DNA from: Candidatus Iainarchaeum sp.
GTDB taxonomy: Archaea; Iainarchaeota; Iainarchaeia; Iainarchaeales; VGJJ01
Assembly: GCA_030688545.1 (NCBI GenBank)
Contig: JAUYHT010000002.1
Location: 330,001 to 362,000 of the forward strand
Direction: 5' to 3'
Length of the DNA: 32,000 nt
In this document: piece by piece, positions 24,801 through 32,000 of the stretch
How positions within the stretch are numbered: the stretch's first letter is position 1
Layout of the letters: every line of letters begins with the position of its first letter
Program-made: the position numbers and the translations under genes
The notes under the pieces: generated by a model
Told to the model about the DNA's origin: nothing
What the model saw: only the letters and a program-made list of their open reading frames with translations
Databases searched by the model: none

Positions 24801-27392
24801 TAAGACCAAATTTCCCGGGTAATCGAGCAATATGGAAACCGCATGCTCGTTAATGGCGTCGGAAAAAGAGGATTTAGCATCCCAATACACGAGAGGAAAC
24901 TGATCCACAAATGATTGGGAGAGGGGGTGCCGGGTATCTTCCCAGTAGCCGATGCAGTAGGCATTTTCCAGAAACGTGAATGCCGATCTATCCGCCGCCA
25001 CAATGAGCGCTTTTGGCAAGGAACAATCCACCACCTCAAAAGAAAAAGGGCCGATCATGTCGCAATTTGAGGGAGTGGCGCTATCGCAATACGCGATGGA
25101 ATAGGAATGGGATCCCCATTCAGAAGGAGGGAGATACGCCTCAAAGGTATGGTTGGTATCCATTTGGTTCAATCGGATCATATTAACGTCGAAACTGGTC
25201 TGGGGACCAACTACGTGGACAACAGCCGTCACATCGGAGATATCCCCCACCTGGAGTTTCAATGAAACCGGTTGAACGATTGATGTGGAAGGAGAGGAAA
25301 GGGAATGCCCATGTAATACGGGCGGATCAGCATCCAGAACCTCCACATTCTGATCCACCTCCAATGCGGTGTCATCAAAGATGGCGACCAGCTTGATTGT
25401 TTTGGTCCCTGGTGAAGCGGAGGGATTCCAATTCACGGGGATGGAAATAGTAGAACCCGTGGGAACAAGTAGGGGCGAGCTGAAATAGATGCGTTCAAAA
25501 AAATCTTCCTTCCATTCCTGCAACTCGACTAAGACGTGAGTGTCGTATAACCCCGTGTTCTCGAAATCGAGGGATGCTTGAATGGGTTGCCCCCAATTGA
25601 CTTGGGAGGGGAGCGTAAAACCTTGGATGGCCCCCGTGGTGGAAGGGGCGCGGGTGATAAACGTTTTAGAAAGAGAAATAGGCGTGCCAGATAGATCGAT
25701 GATATCCATTTCCACCACATAATGTCCTTGCTGGGTCGTGTCGGAAAAAACGCCGGTCCACACGAGCCCATTGCGGGAGAGAGGAATGGTCTGCTCATCC
25801 TGATTGGGGAGGATGACGGTGGCTTCTAACGAATGAATGTCATCTGCGACGGAAGTGAATGTGATGGATTGGGATGCGCCGGTGGTAATAATATTCGATG
25901 CCACGGCCACTTGGTATTTGAGCAATGTCAATACTGAAGAAGGAAGGAGTTGGGAGGCATCCAATAGCCCGGAACCATAACGGACATCCTTCCCGGGATC
26001 GCCTCCATCTATTGCGCTATTTTCGAGGACCGATTTCACTTCAGCAGGGGTCAGGGAAGGGTTGGACTGGAGGAGAAGGGCCACAATTCCTGATACATGG
26101 GGGGCGGCCATGGATGTACCGGAAAGGGAAATCAATCCCCCAAAAGAACTGGAGGAAGAAATATCGACCCCGGGTGCCACGAGATCGGGCTTAATCTCAT
26201 TTCCTATGATAGCCCCGGAGGAGAAGCAGGCCCACTGCGATTGACTATCCACGGCCCCCACGGTAATCGCATGGGGCGCGTCCCCGGGTGATGTTACGCC
26301 GATGAACCCCTGACATTCGGCGCTCGGGCAACCGGAACCGCAATTCCCGGCTGAGACGACGACCATAACCCCTAAGTCGATCGCCTCCTGGATTTTAACC
26401 AACAAAGGGGAATTGGGACTGGTGTAGGGTCCTCCAAAACTCAGATTGAGGATGTCGGCGCCATCAAGGGTTGTGGGATTACTATCCGGGTCCAGAGCGA
26501 ACTCAATCCCGGCGAGAATATCGGACTCATACCCGATGCCTGTATCTCCCAACACCTTCACGTCCCAAAGAAAGGCATCCGGTGCCACGCCATCATAGGT
26601 GTTTAATCCATTCCGTTTCCCCGCGATAATGCCGGCGACATGAGTCCCGTGGCCGGCGGCGTCGCCATTGGGATCATTGGTTAGATTGATCGTGCGGACC
26701 ACTTTGTTCACTAACATGGGGTGCTGGCCGGCGATTCCAGTATCTAAAACAGCGACCTCAATTCCTAACCCGGTGTATCCTTCGGCCCACATGACGGGGG
26801 CATTGATCTGGTCCACGCTCGAATCCAGATTCACTTTGAAAAGACGATCCGGCCAGATTGAAACCACCTCCGGAGAATGGGCCAATTCAAGAATACGGTC
26901 GCCCGACAAGGTGGCCGTGATTATTTTTGCCCTGGGGTGTGTCTTCTCGACCACGCCTCCCAATAAACCTATTTGGGTTTCGACGGATGATACGGAGGAT
27001 GGAAGGGTGATGATGTTCACCCTCATCTGAACGCCTGGATCACGCTGGATGGATTGGAGAAGGGAATCCTTCAATTTTTCATCGCTGGGAAAAAAAAGGA
27101 AGCTATCGTCATCTATAACCGAGTGCACTTCTCCCGAAGGAAGGGGAAAAAACAGATCCGTCGTGGTTATGGCGAGGGAACGGATTCCTCCTTGGATGAA
27201 AGAAAAGGCTTCTTCCATTACATTCTCCATGGGCAGGAACCGGTTGATATCCTGGATCCTGCTATCCAGAAGTTCCTGGATGTCCGGTCGGAACGCTTCA
27301 GGGGATCGCGCGGTTTGCCCATGGACGCTAAGCGAGAACGCCAATAGAATCAGGAAAAAAATAGCAATTGGGCTCCATCGCATAGAGGACAT
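21819..27392 (-). CDS. Giant secreted subtilisin-like (S8) serine protease with Ig-like repeats and a DUF2341/LamG-like tail
   Basis: There is a signal peptide (MSSMRWSPIAIFFLILLAFSLSVHG) and an I9-like propeptide. The catalytic triad is D in VAVLDTGI (26742-26744), H in HGTHVAG (26649-26651) and S in GTSMAAPHVSG (26112-26114). The C-terminal NWWDSNWSHRVPISLT resembles a DUF2341 start and is followed by a concanavalin/LamG-like region. Confidence 0.9.
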   Translation of the reverse strand: MSSMRWSPIAIFFLILLAFSLSVHGQTARSPEAFRPDIQELLDSRIQDINRFLPMENVMEEAFSFIQGGIRSLAITTTDLFFPLPSGEVHSVIDDDSFLFFPSDEKLKDSLLQSIQRDPGVQMRVNIITLPSSVSSVETQIGLLGGVVEKTHPRAKIITATLSGDRILELAHSPEVVSIWPDRLFKVNLDSSVDQINAPVMWAEGYTGLGIEVAVLDTGIAGQHPMLVNKVVRTINLTNDPNGDAAGHGTHVAGIIAGKRNGLNTYDGVAPDAFLWDVKVLGDTGIGYESDILAGIEFALDPDSNPTTLDGADILNLSFGGPYTSPNSPLLVKIQEAIDLGVMVVVSAGNCGSGCPSAECQGFIGVTSPGDAPHAITVGAVDSQSQWACFSSGAIIGNEIKPDLVAPGVDISSSSSFGGLISLSGTSMAAPHVSGIVALLLQSNPSLTPAEVKSVLENSAIDGGDPGKDVRYGSGLLDASQLLPSSVLTLLKYQVAVASNIITTGASQSITFTSVADDIHSLEATVILPNQDEQTIPLSRNGLVWTGVFSDTTQQGHYVVEMDIIDLSGTPISLSKTFITRAPSTTGAIQGFTLPSQVNWGQPIQASLDFENTGLYDTHVLVELQEWKEDFFERIYFSSPLLVPTGSTISIPVNWNPSASPGTKTIKLVAIFDDTALEVDQNVEVLDADPPVLHGHSLSSPSTSIVQPVSLKLQVGDISDVTAVVHVVGPQTSFDVNMIRLNQMDTNHTFEAYLPPSEWGSHSYSIAYCDSATPSNCDMIGPFSFEVVDCSLPKALIVAADRSAFTFLENAYCIGYWEDTRHPLSQSFVDQFPLVYWDAKSSFSDAINEHAVSILLDYPGNLVLAGDEIGYRHNSDELMVNRAHATFLEEISLNPNNPVALNIALGHYILQNIPSPIPMDLNQTIFPDAVTPINGGVALANWENSESGIVAFQDNDSKGLFLGFSPATHLPFIHHQTLLQNIFSWMFTTSGPDIVIPSVQTFFHPQEAIDLINVDPPHLTLFSQYLIEGINPLPYIVRNKGHQPAPNVTIDLLLDGQPIHTDTGTLDVNQSKRLTPAIFLPAGTHTLTIHANRDFGIIEPNSLNNWKETPIFVAPVLPNAIPVWVEGTYNDANGSLKVKAFVANFGGTLIPSLKVRFSINGITATHTITNIEPGTVASVSHIRLLPKGNYDVSIVVDPANLVTEADETDNTYDDRLFFCTEENVLLVNDDDASPFVDENASTAFLWEKELKETGYCVTRWDESTQGNPSPSFLNQFPLIVWSAGNYWSQSVDANDVAAIELYTGNILFEGNDIAFDHNDAFLHDYVGVRHVKDILLPIGAAAITPQSTSVFPTLAPLDLNGDNSGYPDAVLPFPEAFTAATWVDGNAAITALENFSRRLFFGFALGMVQDPAQKRDLVQQAMAWLAVLPNLPPSAPISITCDDLPCAGTYVNTLDLACSGSMDPENDALRYHLEASLETGGGNWWDSNWSHRVPISLTMSGPQTGFRTSIDLNQTILPDPAFWDNVQEDFQDIRFVHEGVLLKHYLMLHGPGAFASFWIELDAHAGANTIDMYWGNPSATYVGKTTPSDFFLTGAQHLVDDFENGSLDGWTIRSGSWQESGGILQRTGGSSSEDQITKDWVQQGSSFYLRAQPRPTSACMNTEIALTRDTDHTAPTYLDEYFGMNVDNACPNGYLYARVEVDQSNGTQNTSNSNPQVMVGDRTEVLISRTGWMGAFIMDANASAFVKVNGWEGANHWYPYLSVGNHGGNASESDNIYTGNAPGHAYDTALAFGTPQTNTNPSNWQEIGVHDASLSFAWDISGLGTQPNVGLRCRAIDPLGSGYYSPYYTLDQNIGLN

Positions 27393-27431
27393 GCATGCGG
27401 GGGTTAGGCTTAAATATCTAGGGAAAATTTT

Positions 27432-28025
27432 TCAGCCGAAGGGCTTTAATACCACGAATAAAAGGACAAATGCAAATTCAATGATTATCGCGGCCAACAA
27501 CAAGATCAAAAGACTCAAAATGAGATCAATGACGATGAAGGCGATTACATTGCCTCGTGACATTTCCTGCAGGGAACGAAACGCACGAAAAGAGATATAG
27601 ATTCCATAAAGCCAGAACAATGACCCTATCACCGGAATCCAGCTTAATGAAAAAAGGACAATATAGGGATAAAAGAGCGCTTTTACGGTGTTTTCCCACC
27701 CATGTTTGGCTCCCAATTTCACCGCAATAAAATGAGAAAAAGGAATGAGAATGAGACTGGCTACAAAGTGAAAAACTAACGACAGCACCATAAACACTAC
27801 GTCAAACCACGCTGAATCACGCGGAGCAAACGAAAAACCAAAAGGATTGGAATAATCGTATCCCAAAAAAATAAAAATACCATAAAAAACAAGATATACT
27901 ATTGCTGATACAGCTGCCCAAATCACCGCGCGATTGGGATTCTTATCCTGCTTAACATAATCGAAAAACTTGGACGGAGAGAAAAACAACCGTTTCAATT
28001 CACCAAAAATGGATGCGCTTTTCAT
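27432..28025 (-). CDS. Yip1-like polytopic membrane protein
   Basis: 197 aa. The N-terminal FFSPSKFFDYV region is followed by about 5 hydrophobic helices. It shares an ATGA overlap with the upstream gene. Confidence 0.6.
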   Translation of the reverse strand: MKSASIFGELKRLFFSPSKFFDYVKQDKNPNRAVIWAAVSAIVYLVFYGIFIFLGYDYSNPFGFSFAPRDSAWFDVVFMVLSLVFHFVASLILIPFSHFIAVKLGAKHGWENTVKALFYPYIVLFSLSWIPVIGSLFWLYGIYISFRAFRSLQEMSRGNVIAFIVIDLILSLLILLLAAIIIEFAFVLLFVVLKPFG

Positions 28026-28768
28026 AATAATCCTTGCTCCTTGAAAAACTTTGAAAAATAATTAGAAACAGGTTGACTAGTATCCGGAAGTTTTTCTCCA
28101 AAAATCGCTCCGATAGGGGCAGGTCCGTTGATAATCATCACAAAATCATCAAACTCTTTAATTTTCCATGCCGGAATATTGTCGGTAGAAAATAAATTGC
28201 CTTTATCAAACATTGATTTTCTTAAAACAAAACTCCAAAATGGGAACGATAGAATTGTTGCATCACTAACCGTAACCACATTTTCTTTTTTCATTTTGGG
28301 AGAGTCCCAAAAATTACTGAAATCCCAAGAGGAACCACCCGCCGCAATAAATAAATTATCGCCAAAAGAAACTGCAATATCTTTTACAATATTGAGTAAA
28401 TTCTTCCAGTTATTTAAGACTGTCTCATTATCGGTAGTGTTTTCATGAAAGAAAAAATGGATATTTGATAAATCTAATTGGACTAGATTAAAGTGAACGT
28501 TTTCACCTCGTAAATTTCGAGATAAAACAATATCAACATCAAAGACCACATCATCTAATTTAATGGTAATACTTCCACCCTTTATTTTATCAAATAAATT
28601 CAATATTTTTTCCTCATTCTTTGATACTTGTTCAAAGTCATTCATTGGTCCCAATTTGTATTTAGCATTGCGTCCAGAAAGGACGCCCAGAATAAGTGGA
28701 AGGGCGTCTAAAGCGTTAAATTCTATTACAGGATAAAACTTGTAATAAAATTGTTTATTCTCACTCAT
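28022..28768 (-). CDS. Hypothetical cytoplasmic protein (immunity-protein candidate by position)
   Basis: 248-aa ORF with no signal peptide or TM segment. It starts 9 nt after the stop of the giant protein and shares its low-GC 3' block. Confidence 0.55.
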   Translation of the reverse strand: MSENKQFYYKFYPVIEFNALDALPLILGVLSGRNAKYKLGPMNDFEQVSKNEEKILNLFDKIKGGSITIKLDDVVFDVDIVLSRNLRGENVHFNLVQLDLSNIHFFFHENTTDNETVLNNWKNLLNIVKDIAVSFGDNLFIAAGGSSWDFSNFWDSPKMKKENVVTVSDATILSFPFWSFVLRKSMFDKGNLFSTDNIPAWKIKEFDDFVMIINGPAPIGAIFGEKLPDTSQPVSNYFSKFFKEQGLL

Positions 28769-28776
28769 ATCAAAAC

Positions 28777-31700
28777 CTATCCATACCCTACAATTGTTAT
28801 CATATTAATATTTATCCCTGGTGCTGCTTTCACTATTTCAGCCATAATATCATTTTTTACTTCGTTATTAATTGGCTTGGTAAAGCGTATGTTAATTTTG
28901 GCTGAAGGTGCGTGCGTTGACCAGTCATTCACTTTTTTTCCTATATCCTCTATTTTTTCAATATAATTTGCGTAAGTTGTTGTCAACATGTTTGTAGTCT
29001 TCACCTCTACAAGATCACCATTCAATAACTTCCATTCCACTGGACTTACTGCACCTGGAGGTCGATATTGAAATTCAGCTAATTGCGAAACAAACTCCGG
29101 TTTTGCTCCTACTTCGATTTCCCCAAGAATTCCTTTGATATTGCCGAAATTTCCTCCTTTTACATCGTGTGCTAATTTCTTTTCTACTTTTGCCAACTCG
29201 ATTCCTGGCAATCCCCCTTGTTTTATTTTCCCAAGGCCATTAAACGTATCTTCCATATATTCTTTGGTAATTGTAAAATCTCCATCGGTTCGATTAATCA
29301 AGCTTTTTAGTGCGTTTTCTCCTCCTGGGCCGTGTTTCTGAACAACTCTTTCTGCGGATAAAATTCCTTCATCCGTGAGATTGGCAATCTTGACTCCAAC
29401 AGCGGGACCCCGTTTTATTGTTTGGGCGCTGGCATCCACGATCTCACCGCGAATCAGTTTTCCATTGGAAAGCTGGTATTCGATGAAATCCACCCCTTTT
29501 TGCAATACTTTGCTTCCCTCGGCCAATCGATCCAAAATCTTGAAATCGGGGACTTTGTTCAGCAGGAATAGGCCGGCATGCCCGATCAACCCTACTGGAA
29601 TGAGCGGGCTCGCAACATCTCCAGCCAGGAAAATGCTTTCAGCCCAGCATTTTCCGTTATTTATTTCATCGCCCCATTTGGTCAACCCGTTTTCGCACGT
29701 CCGGATGTCTTGACAGGTGGGGGTAACGAAATCGGCCATGCACTGCCCTAATTCATTGAGGGTGTAATCATAATCGAGGATGCATGTGCACAAATCCTGC
29801 GTGCTCCATGCCACCGAAATGGCATCGATGGCGGCCAATGCGAAAGGGGCCACTATGACTACCGCGGCCGGGATGAATAAGACATTTCCCGTGTAGGCTT
29901 GCCCTCCAAATCCAGGATCAGATGGTTTCAGGATGGATAGCGTCAAGACGACTTCCGATTGATTGACATCGGCAAGTGAATAGATTTGGTAGGCCCCTGT
30001 TCCGACTTCATTAGTGATTTTGTAGATGGCCCGCACCTCTCGGGATCCAAAATCCAGGTCCTTGATATAGAGCTGTCCAAACCCATTGGTATACCCTATT
30101 TCGTCCCCGTCTATTTCGACTACGACATTGGCGACCGGGTACCCATTTACGTTTTCGGCGCGTATGAGCAAATCCCCTTTCTCTTGAACCGGACAATTAT
30201 CCAGATCAAAGTATCCATAGGCGTGATTTCCGCCCAGAAAAATAGGTTTGGTGGTGGGGGAGGACCCATCCGGGCAGGCGGCGGTTAACGTATAAGAACC
30301 ATGTTTCTTGTTGATATCATGCTTTCCTTTCCCATCGGTCTTGCCGGATAGACTATTGTTTAGATAAATAGGGGCATTCCGAATGGGGGAATTGGAGTCC
30401 ATCACAATCGCGTGGATTGTGCCTGTCCCAACGAGGTTGCATTGGGGGGCGCCTTCCGAGCAACCCGCTTCGCAATATTGGATGCTACAGGTACAGCCAT
30501 TTTCAGGGTCGAAGGAACAACTGTTCAAGCGGTAATCGCCGAGGTAACAGGAGTTGTTGTAGAGGCTGCAGTCGTTCACCAATTCCATTTCCCCTAGATC
30601 CAGTTCGCCATAGAACAAGAAACACGCATTGTTCTGCGTGTCCGTGAGGGAGATGCGGGCATCGTTGAGAGTGACATTTAAACGGTAGCGATCGGAGGGG
30701 GATTGTAGCAGGAAATCGCCGAAGGAATTGGAAGTGGTATTAGTGATGAGGGTATTGTCGGTGCAGGCCCCCAAATCAAAAGGGAGGCCTGGAGATGGAT
30801 TTCCTTGAGGGGTAATGGCTTTCCCTTGCACGACCGTGGTTTCGTGGAACTGCCAGATATTTCCTCCCAAAAAACCCGTCCCGAAGGGAGAGCAATCATT
30901 GGGGCCGGTGTCAAACAGCATCTCGCCCCAGGGTACCACCAGCTTCATTTTGTAATTGCTGGCACCGGCGGCGAATACGAATTTTCCATCCGCATCGGTT
31001 ACGGCTGAGGTGACGAGTGAATCAGAACAGGTGGTGAGATTGATGGTGTAATTGGACAAGGGATTGGATAATTCATCTATCAGAAAGGCCTCATAGATGA
31101 AACCGTCCTGGCAAATATTTCCTTGGCACGCGTTGTAGAGACAATTGCTGTTTTGGGTACAGCTGCCCCCTGGATTGGTTTTACATGCTGATGGAATGCT
31201 TCCCCCGGGGGTGGAAATGTATTGCTCGTCGGCCAGGATGCTGCAAGATGTTCCAGATTGGCAGGATATGGGACCGTTCACGGTTTTGATGTCCGAATAG
31301 TTGGGACCAAAAGCCCCCAAAACCCAATACTCGCGCTCCGGTTGGGTCTGGGATTCACAATAATTGAATTTGGGGTTGACCACCCAGTAATCATCCCTTG
31401 GTTCATTGGGGGGACTATTAAGGATGGTGTGTTCAGCCCGTAAACCATCCGAATTATCGCAATCGTAATAGGCCTTCACGCGTGCCTCCCGATGGGATGG
31501 GAAGGCCGTATCGACCACGCATCCGGCGCCCGTGCAGATCTGATCGGGGACATCGACGCCGGTTAAGCATCCAAAATAATCATCCAGGATGCATGAATAC
31601 TTTTTTCCGGCGGACACTGAATTGGGGATACTGAATGAGTTGCAGGAGGTGGAAGCGCATCCCGATCCGCCGCAACCGAGCGGGTCATAATAGCAGGCAT

Positions 31701-32000
31701 CAAACACCCCGTCGTTGTTGTAGTCATAGCAGAGCATATCGGTGGATTCGCGCAAATTATAGGTAACGGGCCGGACTTTCGTGGAGGTGAAGGCAACTTG
31801 ATCCAAGTTCGTGCTTGTACCATTACTGGTAGCGGCGTCCCAGGTATCATAATTTAGAATGAAAGGGGAGTAGGAGGCGGGGGCCATACAGTGAGATTGG
31901 GTGGGGGTATCGTAGACGCAATAGCGGGATTGACACTGGGAATCCAGCGCACACAAACTTCCATTGGGAAGGCCGGTGGAACATTGATTGTTGATGCAGG
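28777..32000 (-). CDS. Giant Cys-rich surface protein, 5' end outside window
   Basis: The frame stays open to the window edge (...CINNQCSTGLPNGSLCALDSQCQSRYC...). It has Cys-rich modules and several carboxypeptidase-regulatory-like beta-sandwich repeats (for example DADGKFVF). Hydrophobic segments lie at about 29815-29895 and 29560-29640, followed by a C-terminal soluble region of about 300 aa. Confidence 0.8.
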   Translation of the reverse strand, partial: CINNQCSTGLPNGSLCALDSQCQSRYCVYDTPTQSHCMAPASYSPFILNYDTWDAATSNGTSTNLDQVAFTSTKVRPVTYNLRESTDMLCYDYNNDGVFDACYYDPLGCGGSGCASTSCNSFSIPNSVSAGKKYSCILDDYFGCLTGVDVPDQICTGAGCVVDTAFPSHREARVKAYYDCDNSDGLRAEHTILNSPPNEPRDDYWVVNPKFNYCESQTQPEREYWVLGAFGPNYSDIKTVNGPISCQSGTSCSILADEQYISTPGGSIPSACKTNPGGSCTQNSNCLYNACQGNICQDGFIYEAFLIDELSNPLSNYTINLTTCSDSLVTSAVTDADGKFVFAAGASNYKMKLVVPWGEMLFDTGPNDCSPFGTGFLGGNIWQFHETTVVQGKAITPQGNPSPGLPFDLGACTDNTLITNTTSNSFGDFLLQSPSDRYRLNVTLNDARISLTDTQNNACFLFYGELDLGEMELVNDCSLYNNSCYLGDYRLNSCSFDPENGCTCSIQYCEAGCSEGAPQCNLVGTGTIHAIVMDSNSPIRNAPIYLNNSLSGKTDGKGKHDINKKHGSYTLTAACPDGSSPTTKPIFLGGNHAYGYFDLDNCPVQEKGDLLIRAENVNGYPVANVVVEIDGDEIGYTNGFGQLYIKDLDFGSREVRAIYKITNEVGTGAYQIYSLADVNQSEVVLTLSILKPSDPGFGGQAYTGNVLFIPAAVVIVAPFALAAIDAISVAWSTQDLCTCILDYDYTLNELGQCMADFVTPTCQDIRTCENGLTKWGDEINNGKCWAESIFLAGDVASPLIPVGLIGHAGLFLLNKVPDFKILDRLAEGSKVLQKGVDFIEYQLSNGKLIRGEIVDASAQTIKRGPAVGVKIANLTDEGILSAERVVQKHGPGGENALKSLINRTDGDFTITKEYMEDTFNGLGKIKQGGLPGIELAKVEKKLAHDVKGGNFGNIKGILGEIEVGAKPEFVSQLAEFQYRPPGAVSPVEWKLLNGDLVEVKTTNMLTTTYANYIEKIEDIGKKVNDWSTHAPSAKINIRFTKPINNEVKNDIMAEIVKAAPGININMITIVGYG

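Noticed and set aside
27434-27460. AGCC-GAAG-GGCT followed by TTAATACCACGAA, considered as an extra element unit
   Set aside because: The stem is only 4 bp. The 5' box is absent. The sequence overlaps the 3' coding end of the Yip1-like gene.
21941-27600. About 25 ORFs of 60-183 aa on the + strand, or in other - strand frames, overlapping the S8 protease gene
   Set aside because: They lie antisense to or out of frame with a long ORF that has a complete catalytic triad. Their Arg/Gly/Pro-rich, low-complexity translations are typical of spurious frames in GC-rich coding DNA.
1-32000. Search for CRISPR arrays, tRNA (T-arm GGTTCRAATCC-like) and rRNA genes
   Set aside because: No regularly spaced direct repeats with unique spacers were seen by eye. 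No tRNA-like T-arm or acceptor signatures appeared in the intergenic regions. A tRNAscan/Infernal run would be needed to be definitive.

Overview
The window looks archaeal. TATA-like boxes sit about 26-28 nt upstream of many start codons, which implies leaderless mRNAs. The gene content fits too: KaiC-like, V4R and FIST genes, and an S8 protease with a DUF2341-like tail. I found no rRNA, tRNA or CRISPR array. Base composition is strongly mosaic, with blocks near 28-40% GC alternating with blocks near 50-55% GC.

Layout:
- 1-5.2 kb: a toxin-antitoxin-rich accessory stretch with VapBC, a RelE-like toxin plus wHTH, and DUF4258/DUF2283. It also holds a SAM methyltransferase and a 563-bp AT-rich cassette bounded by perfect 16-nt inverted repeats.
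- 5.3-9.8 kb: housekeeping-type genes (MFS transporter, SPOUT methyltransferase, GNAT, HAD, double Nudix).
- 9.9-12.6 kb and 19.9-21.7 kb: two tandem arrays of one uncharacterised wHTH paralog family. It has five members, two of them decayed.
- 12.7-19.9 kb: a low-GC block between those arrays. It carries a tightly coupled KaiC-like/V4R/FIST/LuxE-like acyl-adenylating operon, a convergent class I aminotransferase, and a LuxC-like reductase.
- 21.8-32 kb: a secretome cluster. It holds a 1857-aa S8 protease, a Yip1-like membrane protein, a small orphan gene, and a giant Cys-rich surface protein that is 5'-truncated by the window edge. The last ~175 codons of that protein switch abruptly to low GC together with the two downstream genes, which resembles a polymorphic-toxin tip plus immunity cassette.

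The most unusual non-coding signal is a dispersed family of structured elements. There are 7 hairpin units at 5 loci, all on the + strand. Their stems covary while the loop and flanks stay conserved.
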